Part shown: positions 1 to 10,250 of the stretch, piece by piece
How the letters are laid out: every line of letters starts with the position of its first letter
How positions within the stretch are numbered: position 1 is the first letter of the stretch
Origin: Myxococcales bacterium
GTDB lineage: Bacteria; Myxococcota; Myxococcia; Myxococcales; 40CM-4-68-19
Direction of reading: 5' to 3'
DNA length: 38,217 bases
Assembly: GCA_035655715.1 (NCBI GenBank)
Contig: DASRTX010000170.1
Span: 1-38,217, forward strand
Made by a program: the position numbers and the translations under genes
The notes under the pieces: model-generated
What the model was told of the DNA's origin: nothing
Seen by the model: the letters and a program-made list of their open reading frames with translations, nothing else
Databases searched by the model: none

Positions 1-1189
1 CCTTTCCAGCGCCGCCATCCACGCCGTCTACCGGCCGGTGATCGTCCGGCCTCCGCCGCAGCTCCCGCCCGACGCCACCGCGGTGTTCCTCATCAACCAC
101 CGCAGCAACTTCGACTACGTGGTGGTGGGCTGGGCGCTGGCACGGCAGGTGGCCATCAGCTACGCGGTGGGCGAGTGGGCCCGGGTCTTTCCCCTCGACG
201 CGCTCTTCAAGGCGTTCGGCGGCTTCTTCGTGCGCCGCGGATTCCGCGATCCGCTCTACCACACGGTGCTGCGCCGCTACCTCCAGCTCATCACCCGCCG
301 CGGCGTCACCCAGGGCATCTTCCCCGAGGGCGGGCTGACGCGCGACGGCGCCCTGCTGCCGCCCAAGGTGGGGCTGCTCGATGCCCTGCTCCAGCTCGCC
401 GAAGGCTGCGAGCTGTACTTCGTGCCCGTCGGCATCAACTACGACCGCGTGCTCGAGGACGAGGCCCTGCTCGCGGAGCTCCGCGGCCGCCAACGCCCGC
501 CGACGCGCGCGGAGAAGATCCGCGGAGCGTTGCGGCTGTTCTGGCTGATTCCCTGGCGCGCTGCGGTGAACGCCGTGCGCGTCGCCACCGGCCGCCTGCA
601 GCGCAACGGCTACGTCGCGGTCGCCTTCGGCGAGCCGGTGCGCTTCGCCGATCTTCCCCAGGCCCGCGGCATCGCCGCGCTCGGCGACGAGCAGCGGCGC
701 GCCCGCGCCAAGGAGGTGGCCGCGCTGCTGATGGAGCGGATTGCGCGGGTGGTCCCCGCCACGCCGGTTTCGTTGGTGGCGCGCGCGGCGCTGGATCTTT
801 CCTGCCAGGCCAGCGAGAGCGATCTGGCGCGCCGCGTCCGCGAGCTGCGGATTTCCCTCGAGCAGCGCGGCGTTCCCACCGCCATGGGCCGCGAGTTCGA
901 CGAGCAGCGCGCGGCCAGGGAGGGCCTGCGCGAGGACCTTGCCCGCACGCGCGAGCTGCTGCGGCTGGAGGACGATCTCCTGGCCGGCGAGGAGGCGGAG
1001 GAGATCGTGCGGCTCGGGCTGCAGCGGCTGGTGCAGCGAGGCGCGCTGGCGGCGCGCGAGGGCCGGGTAGGCCCGGGACGGCACCCGCACGCCGGCGAGC
1101 TGCTCGCCTATTATGCGCGCTCGCTCGACCAACCGGCTGCAAGGCCGGACGACCTCCCGCGGCAGGCGCAGGGTTTGATGCGTTCCTAG
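1..1189 (+). CDS. PlsB/PlsC-type glycerolipid acyltransferase (5-prime end outside window)
   Basis: The frame of ORF 38..1189 stays open back to position 2. It carries the HX4D motif (NHRSNFDY) and the FFVRRG, FPEGGLTRDG and VPVGINYDR blocks in PlsB-like order. Confidence 0.75.
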   Translation, partial: LSSAAIHAVYRPVIVRPPPQLPPDATAVFLINHRSNFDYVVVGWALARQVAISYAVGEWARVFPLDALFKAFGGFFVRRGFRDPLYHTVLRRYLQLITRRGVTQGIFPEGGLTRDGALLPPKVGLLDALLQLAEGCELYFVPVGINYDRVLEDEALLAELRGRQRPPTRAEKIRGALRLFWLIPWRAAVNAVRVATGRLQRNGYVAVAFGEPVRFADLPQARGIAALGDEQRRARAKEVAALLMERIARVVPATPVSLVARAALDLSCQASESDLARRVRELRISLEQRGVPTAMGREFDEQRAAREGLREDLARTRELLRLEDDLLAGEEAEEIVRLGLQRLVQRGALAAREGRVGPGRHPHAGELLAYYARSLDQPAARPDDLPRQAQGLMRS

Positions 1190-1199
1190 ATTTGAACGG

Positions 1200-3203
1200 A
1201 TGAGCGACCCGGGCCTCGCCAGCGAACCCAGGCGACTCGCCGACTTCTTGCGCGAGCGGCGCGAGGAGATCCTGGACCACTGGGAGCGCCAGGTGCGCTC
1301 CGTGGGTGCGGCCCGCAACCTCGAGCGGCCCGTCTTGCTCGACCACCTGCCCCAGTTCATCGACGACCTGGCGGAATACGTGGGTGAGGTCCGGACCGGA
1401 GTGGAGCTACCGCCGCCCGAAGAGCTCTCCCGCATCCACGCCCTGGAGCGGTTGGAGGTGGGCTACGACCTCGCCGAAGTGGTCGCCGAGTACGGCATCC
1501 TGCGCCGCTGCATCACCGAGCTGGCGGCGCACGAGCACGCGCCCTCCCTCCGCTCGGCAGAATTGCCCCGCCTCCACCAGGCCATCGACCATGCGATCGC
1601 CATCTCGGTGGTCCGCTACACGGCGGCGCGCGAGCGGACGCTGCGCGCGCTGGACCGCATCTCCAGCGCGGCGCTGGTGCATCACGACGTCGAGTCGCTC
1701 CTCCCCCGCACGCTCGACGCCTTTCTCGGGACCACCGCCTCGGTCGACTCGGTGGCCCTCGCCCTGCGCGAGGACGGCGACGGGTTGCGCATCCGCGCGG
1801 CCGTGGGATTTCCCCCGTCCGCGGACGGACAAGCGCGCCTGTCCGCGCAGGGCTTCATCGCCCGGGTCGAGCAGCGCGGAGAGCCGGTGTTCGTGCGCGA
1901 CGCGGAGATCGATCCGGAGCTGCGCGCCGAGGCGGAGTTCCCTCCGGGCACGCAGGCCCTCTACGGCGTACCGCTGACCATGGGGAAGGACCTGCTCGGC
2001 GTGGCGGTGATGGGCTCGCGCTCGACCCGCGAGTTCTCGCAGGAGGACCAGTTCCTCTTCCGCACCATGGTCAACCGCCTCGCCGCCCTGATCGCGCAGG
2101 CGCGGCTCGACGCCCAGGTGGCGCACCGCGCGGCGGAGCTGGAGGCGGTGATCGAGAGCATCCCCGAGGCCGTCTACGTCGGCGACGCGACCGGCATCAA
2201 GCGCGCCAACCGCGCCGCGCTGGAGATGCTGGGCTACGGCGCGCCGGGCGAGCTGAACAAGGACATCTCCAGGCTTTCGGGTGAGATCCAGGTCCGGTCC
2301 CTGGACGGCGCCGCGGTGCCCATCGAGGAGCAGGTCTTCGCCATGGCGCTGCGCGGCGAGCACGCGGTGCGCGAAGTGATCGTGCGCCATCGCGGCAGCG
2401 GCGAGGATCTGGTGGTGCGATCGAGCGCGGCTCCCATCCGGCTTGGGGACCGGATCGTCGGCGTGGTGGCGGTGAACACCGACATCACCGCGCGCATGCG
2501 GGAGGAGCGCGATCTGCGGACGGCGCTGGCCTTCCGCGACCGGATGCTGGGCGTGTTGAGCCATGACCTGCGCAACCCGCTGAGCGTCATCCTCACCTCG
2601 GCCGAGACGCTGCAGCGGCAGGAGCACGACGACCGGCACCGCGCGACGCTGCGACGGGTCATCGACAACGCCCGCCGGATCGAGCGCATGATCCATGACC
2701 TGCTCGACTACACCCGCACGCGCGAGGGCCGGGGCCTGCCCATCTCCCGCACCGAGGCCGACCTCGTCGCGCTCTGTCAACAAGTGCTCGACGGCATGCA
2801 GGTGCTCCACCCGGACCGGGCGTTGCGATTGAGCACCAGCGGCGACACCAAAGGCTCCTTTGACCCTGACCGCGCCACGCAGGCCATCGGAAATCTGCTC
2901 AGCAACGCGATCCGCTACAGCCCGGACGGTTCTCCGGTCACCGTGACGCTGTCGGGCCGCGATACGGAGATCGTGCTGGAGGTCCACAATCAGGGGACGC
3001 CCATCGCGGAGGACCTGCTCCCGCGCCTCTTCGACGCCTTCCAGCGCGGCGTGCCGGACGAGCGAGGCTGGCGCGCGGGCCTCGGCCTCGGCCTCTACAT
3101 CGTGCAGCAGATCGTCGAGGCGCACGGGGGCAGCATCGAGGTGCGCTCGACGGCAAAGGACGGCACCACCTTCGCCGTCCGCTGGCCCCGCCGCGCGGCG
3201 TGA
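1200..3203 (+). CDS. Sensor histidine kinase (N-terminal RsbRD-like helix bundle, GAF, PAS, HisKA, HATPase_c)
   Basis: 667-aa ORF. H-box SHDLRNPL, N-box LLSNAIRYS, G-boxes GLGLGLYIV. The central region is GAF-like (AVMGSRSTREFSQEDQFLF) and PAS-like. The ATG lies 10 nt after the upstream stop. Confidence 0.9.
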   Translation: MSDPGLASEPRRLADFLRERREEILDHWERQVRSVGAARNLERPVLLDHLPQFIDDLAEYVGEVRTGVELPPPEELSRIHALERLEVGYDLAEVVAEYGILRRCITELAAHEHAPSLRSAELPRLHQAIDHAIAISVVRYTAARERTLRALDRISSAALVHHDVESLLPRTLDAFLGTTASVDSVALALREDGDGLRIRAAVGFPPSADGQARLSAQGFIARVEQRGEPVFVRDAEIDPELRAEAEFPPGTQALYGVPLTMGKDLLGVAVMGSRSTREFSQEDQFLFRTMVNRLAALIAQARLDAQVAHRAAELEAVIESIPEAVYVGDATGIKRANRAALEMLGYGAPGELNKDISRLSGEIQVRSLDGAAVPIEEQVFAMALRGEHAVREVIVRHRGSGEDLVVRSSAAPIRLGDRIVGVVAVNTDITARMREERDLRTALAFRDRMLGVLSHDLRNPLSVILTSAETLQRQEHDDRHRATLRRVIDNARRIERMIHDLLDYTRTREGRGLPISRTEADLVALCQQVLDGMQVLHPDRALRLSTSGDTKGSFDPDRATQAIGNLLSNAIRYSPDGSPVTVTLSGRDTEIVLEVHNQGTPIAEDLLPRLFDAFQRGVPDERGWRAGLGLGLYIVQQIVEAHGGSIEVRSTAKDGTTFAVRWPRRAA

Positions 3204-3215
3204 TATCTCCCGCCC

Positions 3216-4031
3216 ATGAGCATCGCATTGGTCACCGGGGCGTCGGCCGGCATCGGCCTGTCCATCGTGCAGAAGCTTGCCGCGCAGGGCCATCGCCTCG
3301 CGCTGGTCGCGCGCACGGAGCAGACGCTGCGGGCGGCGGCGGCTTCGCTGCCGGCGGGGGCAGCCGAGATCTTCGTCTGCGACGTGAAGAATCTCGCCGC
3401 CTGCGCCGCCCTGCCGGGCCGGGTGGCGGCCCGCATGGGCGGGCTCGACGTGCTGGTCAACAATGCCGGCTTCCACCGCCGCGGTCCCTTGCTGGAGGTG
3501 GACCCGCTCGATCTGGGCGAGATGGTGGGCGTCAACCTCGCCGCTCCGATGGTGCTGACGCGGGCCGCGGCGCCGCTGATGCCGCGGGGCGGCCGCATCG
3601 TCAACGTGGCCTCGCTGGCCGGAATGGTGCCGATGCGGTTCCAGGTCGCCTATGGCGCCACCAAGGCAGGCCTGCGCGCCTTTTCCCGCGCCGCCCGGGA
3701 CGAGCTGGAGCCGCTCGGCATCGCCGTCTCGGTGGTCTCTCCCGGCCCGGTGGACACCGGCTTCTTCGGCGAGGAGCTCGAGCGCGTGGCCGACATCGTC
3801 TTCTCGCAGCCGATGAGCACCGCCGATCAGGTGGCGGATGCGGTGCTGGAGTGCATCCGGACCGGCGCGGCCGAGATCGCGGTGCCCTGGTTTTCGGGAA
3901 AGCTCTGCACGCTGGGATACCTCTCGCCGCGGCTCTCCCGCCTGCTCCGCCCGGCGCTGGAGAAGCGCGGCGCGCGGAACAAGGCGGCGTACATCCGGCG
4001 GAAACGTGCACCCGGGGCGCCTGCGACCTAA
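3216..4031 (+). CDS. SDR-family short-chain dehydrogenase/reductase
   Basis: TGASAGIG Rossmann motif, NNAG, and the catalytic YGATKAG (YxxxK). Confidence 0.9.
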   Translation: MSIALVTGASAGIGLSIVQKLAAQGHRLALVARTEQTLRAAAASLPAGAAEIFVCDVKNLAACAALPGRVAARMGGLDVLVNNAGFHRRGPLLEVDPLDLGEMVGVNLAAPMVLTRAAAPLMPRGGRIVNVASLAGMVPMRFQVAYGATKAGLRAFSRAARDELEPLGIAVSVVSPGPVDTGFFGEELERVADIVFSQPMSTADQVADAVLECIRTGAAEIAVPWFSGKLCTLGYLSPRLSRLLRPALEKRGARNKAAYIRRKRAPGAPAT

Positions 4032-4045
4032 ATTCAACCGTACGC

Positions 4046-4621
4046 GTGTACGCTGCCTTGGCGATCTTCGGAGCGGTCCTCTCCACGCTCGTGCTCCCCC
4101 TCCCGGAAGAGCTGGCCCTGATGGGCGCCGGCTGGTGGGCGCACGAGGGCGCGCTGCCGCTCTGGGCGGCCTGGGTCGCCGCCACCGCCGCCAACGTGAC
4201 CGGCGACACCATCTCGTACCTGGTGGGTCGATACTTCCTGGAGAAGCTGCTGCACACGCGACTCGGCAAGCGCGTCGTCTCGCCGGAGATGCGCAACTGG
4301 GGCGAGGACTTCGTCAAGCGTCACGGTTTCTGGGCCATCGTGCTGGGCCGCTTCCTGGTGGCGGTGCGCGGGCCGGTGTACTTCGCCATCGGCGCCTCCA
4401 AGTACCCGCTGGGCCGGTTCGAGGTCATCAACACCGCCGTCGCGCTGATCGAAGGCGCGGTGCTGGTCTGGCTCGGCTACCAGTTCGGCGAATCGGTCAA
4501 GGTCTCGCACGAGGCGCGCTGGATCGAGATCTCCATCGGAGTCGCCGTGCTGTTGTTCATCATTCCGGCGCTGCTGAAAGCCTGGCTTACCCGCCGCCAC
4601 CGCCCTCCCGCCAACGCCTGA
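4046..4621 (+). CDS. DedA/SNARE-associated family membrane protein
   Basis: This is the C-terminal part of the 473-aa ORF 3200..4621. Only this part is protein-like (GDTISYLVGRYF, FWAIVLGRFLVAVRGPVYFAIG). The GTG at 4046 is my chosen start and is uncertain. Confidence 0.7.
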   Translation: MYAALAIFGAVLSTLVLPLPEELALMGAGWWAHEGALPLWAAWVAATAANVTGDTISYLVGRYFLEKLLHTRLGKRVVSPEMRNWGEDFVKRHGFWAIVLGRFLVAVRGPVYFAIGASKYPLGRFEVINTAVALIEGAVLVWLGYQFGESVKVSHEARWIEISIGVAVLLFIIPALLKAWLTRRHRPPANA

Positions 4622-4648
4622 CGCAGCAAGCCGCTTGCGCGGACGGTT

Positions 4649-4669
4649 CTGCATCCCGACTTTTTTCGG

Positions 4670-4675
<6 letters not shown>
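4649..4675 (+). promoter_or_regulatory. Hairpin CTGCATCC-(11 nt, T6)-GGATGCAG that pairs the glgX start codon
   Basis: 8-bp perfect stem. The right arm contains the ATG at 4670..4672. No SD is visible upstream. Confidence 0.35.
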
Positions 4676-6790
<2,115 letters not shown>

Positions 6791-6795
6791 TGGAT

Positions 6796-6868
6796 CTACG
6801 GGGACACGCTATTGCGTTTGCCCGTATCTGGGGACACGCAATAGCGTGTCCCCGTAATTCCGTAATCC
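6796..6868. repeat. Nested palindromic repeat element, GGGGACAC family, copy 1
   Basis: CTAC-GGGGACACGCTATTGCGT (6800..6817) is the reverse complement of ACGCAATAGCGTGTCCCC (6836..6853). GGGGACACGC-AATA-GCGTGTCCCC (6830..6853) is itself a hairpin. It is followed by GTAATTCCGTAATCC. The element lies between the convergent glgX and PilZ gene ends. Confidence 0.85.
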
Positions 6869-6872
6869 GCAG

Positions 6873-7523
6873 TTACCCAAGGAGGACTATGTTCGGTCTG
6901 CTGATCCCGCAGTGGCACCGCGACGGGTGCTCCGCCGCCCGGGCCTCGCGCCACTCGTCCCGGGCGTGATCGATCATCCTGCGCACCGCCGCTGCGGTGG
7001 GCGCATGCTCCTTGTCCCACTCCACTCCCACTTCGCTCTGCTGGACCCACGCGACCCATCCGCGCGCCTCCAGCTGCTCGCCCGATTCGCCGGCCTCCGG
7101 CAGCGCCACGCGCACGCGCTGCCCCGGCCTGCCCGCATCCGCCGGCAAGGCCGCCAGCCGCGCCCCGCCCTCGCTCACGTCGCGCAGGCGGCAGAGCAAC
7201 GCGGCGAGACCTGAGGCTTCCAACAGCACCAGCTGCTCGCTGCCCATCCTTAGCTCGGCGCGCAGCGGGAGCCGCTCGATGCGGGTGAGCGCGCGCTCGG
7301 CCCCCGCCAGCTCCAGCCAGATGCCGCCGCTGCCGCGTGCCCATACCCAGCCGCTCAGCAGGGTCACCTGGTCGGTGGCGGAGAAATCGACCCGCAGCGA
7401 GGCGAGCGTGCCCTTCGGCGCCACCGCCTCGGGGAAGAAGAAATACCCCGCGCCGTCCACGAAGTGCAGGTGCTCGCGCATCGCGCGCGGGCTCTGGATC
7501 CGATATCGCAGTCGCAACGCCAT
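6873..7523 (-). CDS. Tandem PilZ-domain protein (N-terminal myxobacterial PilZ-like domain plus canonical C-terminal PilZ)
   Basis: Internal ATG at 7523, preceded by GGGGGAGG. The C-terminal domain has RAELR (RxxxR) and DVSEGG (DxSxxG), the c-di-GMP binding motifs. The part of the 324-aa ORF upstream of 7523 is not protein-like. Confidence 0.75.
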   Translation of the reverse strand: MALRLRYRIQSPRAMREHLHFVDGAGYFFFPEAVAPKGTLASLRVDFSATDQVTLLSGWVWARGSGGIWLELAGAERALTRIERLPLRAELRMGSEQLVLLEASGLAALLCRLRDVSEGGARLAALPADAGRPGQRVRVALPEAGESGEQLEARGWVAWVQQSEVGVEWDKEHAPTAAAVRRMIDHARDEWREARAAEHPSRCHCGISRPNIVLLG

Positions 7524-7548
7524 CCCCGACCTCCCCCGGCGCGCGTAG

Positions 7549-7564
7549 AGCAATCGCCCCGCCA
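7549..7564 (-). promoter_or_regulatory. Candidate sigma-54 promoter (-24/-12) for the PilZ gene
   Basis: Minus strand reads TGGCGG-GGCGA-TTGCT (consensus TGGCAC-N5-TTGCW) with correct GG/GC spacing. The GC lies about 27 nt upstream of the ATG at 7523. Confidence 0.5.
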
Positions 7565-7632
7565 ATCCGAAGTGTCGGAAATCACATCGGTTGGGCAATG
7601 ATCTGGCGTGTAAAAGGGCACGGGGGCGGAAG

Positions 7633-7662
7633 GCGACTTCCCATCGCTTCCAGCGACTTTCC
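7633..7662. promoter_or_regulatory. Direct repeats GCGACTTCCC / GCGACTTTCC spaced 20 bp apart (possible enhancer/UAS)
   Basis: Two 10-mers matching at 9 of 10 positions, at 7633..7642 and 7653..7662. They lie 70-100 bp upstream of the candidate -24 element of the PilZ gene. Confidence 0.3.
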
Positions 7663-7815
7663 CGGATCGCACCGGACGTTCCGCGACCTGGAAACGAAGG
7701 TGCACGGCGGCTTGCCTGCTGGAGTCCGGCCAGCGTCCGATCGCGACTCCATCCGCGGAAGCGCCCCGGAGCGACGCGGTACGTCGGGCAGGCGGAAGGC
7801 GAAATCGCTTCCCAG

Positions 7816-8223
7816 TCAGCTGCCGGCGTCCGGACCCGCGCAGGCAAGCTCCCCCAGGGCGCGCAGGGCGTCGGCGCGGGTGAAGATACCGATCAACGTC
7901 CCATCCCGGACGACCAGCGCCGACCCGTAGCGGTGCTGCCACATCTGCCGCGCCACGTCGGCGAGCTCGGCCTCGGGCGGCACGGTGAAGGGATAGGCGG
8001 TCATCGCCTCCTCCACCGGCTCGCGCCGCGGGTCCACGCTCTTGACCGTCTCGAGCAGATGCAGGTCGCGTTCGCTGACGACGCCCACGAGCCGGCCCTG
8101 GTCCGTCACCGGAAGGTGGCGGATGCGATACGTGCGCATCAGCCGGTGCGCCGCCACCAGCGGCTCGCCCTTGCCGATGCTTCGTGGCTCCGCGCTCATG
8201 TACTCCGCGATGGCCCGCTTCAC
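7816..8223 (-). CDS. Stand-alone CBS-pair domain protein
   Basis: 135 aa with two CBS repeats (RHLPVTDQGRLVGVVSERDL and ALVVRDGTLIGIFTRADAL). GTG start with AGGAGGG 8 nt upstream. Confidence 0.85.
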   Translation of the reverse strand: MKRAIAEYMSAEPRSIGKGEPLVAAHRLMRTYRIRHLPVTDQGRLVGVVSERDLHLLETVKSVDPRREPVEEAMTAYPFTVPPEAELADVARQMWQHRYGSALVVRDGTLIGIFTRADALRALGELACAGPDAGS

Positions 8224-8293
8224 GCCCCCGCCCTCCTGTTCGGGACGCCGGCTCCGCCGCAGGGGCGGAGCCGGGTCCGTCTCTCCCGTCCGC

Positions 8294-9436
8294 TCACTTC
8301 TCCGCCTTCACGTCCTCCTTCGGTTCGATGGCGAACACCGTGAGCGGGCCGCGCGGATATTTGCCCCCCGACGTCTCGGCACGCAGGTTGTGGTCGTGGG
8401 CGATGGAGAGGCCCTTCCCCAGCCGGCAGCTGGGGCAGTACCGGTTGGCCTTGTCCTGCACGGGCACCAGCACGTCGTAGCGCTCGCCGGAGGAGACGGG
8501 CAACGTGTCCTTCCAGTACGGCTGCGGCAGCGCGCGGCCGTCGGTGCCGATCACCTGCATGTGGAAGGCGTGCGGGTGGAAGACGAACTGGTGGTCGAAA
8601 CCCATGGCGAGGAAGCGCAGCAGGATGGTCTCGCCCTCCCTGGCCTGGATGAGCGAGCTGGGGTCGGCGATGGTGGAGAGCTTGTTCTTCAGATCGGCGG
8701 TGAAGATGCGGCCGTTGAGCAGGTAGTAGTTGCTCTTCCACTTCATCATGTCGTAGTCGCCGACGTCGTGGATGGCGTCGTTGTGCTCGGTGTCCATCTC
8801 GCTGAACCAGAGCGTGTACTCGCGGTCGTAGTGCTTGCCGTAGATGGTCTTCGGCTTCTCGCCGTCGACGATCAAGGCGCCGTACATGCCCAGCATGGCG
8901 TGTGTCGAGGTGTCCACGTGGCAGTGGTACATGTACGTGCCCTCGTGCTGCGCGGTGAACTCGTAGACGAACGAGTCGCCCGGCGGAACGCCCGCGAGCA
9001 GGCGATCGGGAATCCCTTCCGTCGGCACGCCCGGGACGCCGTCGTAGGTCGTCACCAGATCCAGGCCGTGGAAGTGGATGGTGTGCGTCACGTTGCCGAA
9101 GGCGGAATTCGGGTCCAGGTGATGATGCCCGGCGTTGTGCAGCACGACGCGGACGTTGTCGCCCACTTTCATGCGCAAGGTCGGCGCCGGGATCTTCGGC
9201 GCGGGCAGCGCGGCGCCCACGGGCGCCTCCTCGAACCTGTCGTTCCAGGCTACGTAGCTGACGATGTACGTCTTCTTTCCGTCAGCGAACTCCCACTCGC
9301 CGTCGTTGGTGTAGAGGTGGAAGACCTTCCACGGCTTCGCGGCGGCCGGAGCCTTGACGGCCGCCAGCTTCGCCTGCTTCGGCGCAGCGGCGAGCGGCAG
9401 CGCCAGCAGAAGGGCGGCGATGGCGAGGCGGCGCAT
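8294..9436 (-). CDS. Secreted two-cupredoxin-domain multicopper oxidase family protein
   Basis: Signal peptide [19 protein letters not shown]. Copper ligand blocks HTIHFHG, YHCHVDTSTHAMLGM and HPHAFH. The start ATG overlaps the upstream stop (ATGA). Confidence 0.8.
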   Translation of the reverse strand: MRRLAIAALLLALPLAAAPKQAKLAAVKAPAAAKPWKVFHLYTNDGEWEFADGKKTYIVSYVAWNDRFEEAPVGAALPAPKIPAPTLRMKVGDNVRVVLHNAGHHHLDPNSAFGNVTHTIHFHGLDLVTTYDGVPGVPTEGIPDRLLAGVPPGDSFVYEFTAQHEGTYMYHCHVDTSTHAMLGMYGALIVDGEKPKTIYGKHYDREYTLWFSEMDTEHNDAIHDVGDYDMMKWKSNYYLLNGRIFTADLKNKLSTIADPSSLIQAREGETILLRFLAMGFDHQFVFHPHAFHMQVIGTDGRALPQPYWKDTLPVSSGERYDVLVPVQDKANRYCPSCRLGKGLSIAHDHNLRAETSGGKYPRGPLTVFAIEPKEDVKAEK

Positions 9437-10005
9437 CAGATCACCTTCACCGGCGACGAATCCGCCGAGACGGGGATCTTCTTCGCCCGCTGCTCGTCGT
9501 TGAGCTCCGGCCCGAAGATGCGCAGCGTGTAGTCGCCGGAGGGGATGCCTTCGATGGTGAACTTCCCGCTCTTGTCGGGCGCGACGAAGAACGGATTCTG
9601 CAGCACCAGGATGTCGGCGCTCATCTCCTTGTGGATGTTGCAGGAGAGGTGGACGATGCCCGGTTCGGCGATGGTCTTCTCGAACTTGTTCTTCGGCAGC
9701 AGGGCCTGGTTGAAGAGGACGGACTTGCCGGCGCGCGCGTAGACGTTGTGCAGCTCGGGGTCCTGGCTCTGGAACTCGACCTTCTGGCCAGCGAGCACGG
9801 GCAGCACGCGCGGCGCGTAGGTGTTGCCGATCTGGTTGATGATCGCGGCAGTGGCGGGCGGGCTGAACTTGCCCGGCACGCTCTCCACGTAGACGAGGGT
9901 GGTCTTGCGGCGCAGGGCCGGATCGTCGATGGAGCCGCTCAGGGTTCCGGCGCGGGCAAAGGGCGCGGCCAGGGTGAGTGCGGCAAGCATGGTTGCGGTC
10001 CTCAT
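9436..10005 (-). CDS. Secreted type-1 copper (amicyanin-like cupredoxin) protein fused to a CarboxypepD_reg-like beta-sandwich
   Basis: Start chosen at [17 protein letters not shown] (signal peptide) with AGGAGC upstream. Ligand pattern H(NV)...C-x2-H-x2-M (SCNIHKEM). C-terminal [18 protein letters not shown]. Confidence 0.65.
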   Translation of the reverse strand: MRTATMLAALTLAAPFARAGTLSGSIDDPALRRKTTLVYVESVPGKFSPPATAAIINQIGNTYAPRVLPVLAGQKVEFQSQDPELHNVYARAGKSVLFNQALLPKNKFEKTIAEPGIVHLSCNIHKEMSADILVLQNPFFVAPDKSGKFTIEGIPSGDYTLRIFGPELNDEQRAKKIPVSADSSPVKVI

Positions 10006-10048
10006 GTCAGTCGATGCTCCTGTGGTTTCGGGGGACTCCCGAGCGATC

Positions 10049-10064
10049 AGCAAGCTGCAGGCCA
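10049..10064 (-). promoter_or_regulatory. Candidate sigma-54 promoter for the cupredoxin-MCO operon
   Basis: Minus strand reads TGGCCT-GCAGC-TTGCT. The GC lies about 45 nt upstream of the ATG at 10005. Confidence 0.5.
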
Positions 10065-10250
10065 ACGATCCCGGGGAGGCCAGGTAGATCTTCGCGCAAG
10101 CCCTGCGCGCGGCGCGGCCGGCTCGCCGCAGCCGCGCGCAACTTTTGCGGGGCGCGGGGCACGGAGCCGGGCGCATCGATTGCACCGGGCGCAGGGATTT
10201 CCCGATCCCCGTTGCGGAGCCCGGCGCGTTGCCGGTACGTTCTGCGCGAC

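Noticed and set aside
1407-4037. Very long antisense or out-of-frame ORFs. Examples: 1407..4037 minus (876 aa), 4034..6610 minus (858 aa), 3838..6969 plus (1043 aa), 16720..19446 minus (908 aa), 25735..28545 minus (936 aa), 22003..23745 plus.
   Set aside because: These are typical stop-codon-poor shadow frames of very GC-rich DNA. Their translations are Arg/Ala/Gly/Pro-rich low-complexity strings. Each overlaps a gene on the other strand or frame that has clear family motifs.
6796-6868. The GGGGACAC repeats considered as a possible CRISPR array.
   Set aside because: There are only two or three short copies. They are arranged as inverted rather than regularly spaced direct repeats, the spacers are 12-18 nt, and there are no cas genes. 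This fits a REP/MITE-like palindromic element instead.
6889-6969. A 26-codon plus-strand ORF (MFGLLIPQWHRDG...) preceded by a perfect AAGGAGG.
   Set aside because: It lies antisense to the PilZ gene C-terminus. The SD-like string is simply the complement of its codons, and the peptide continues a shadow frame.
8294-9436. Calling the two-domain copper protein a NirK nitrite reductase.
   Set aside because: The ligand spacing only partly resembles NirK, and it contains MCO-like HxH/HCH blocks. Without an alignment the safer call is multicopper oxidase family.
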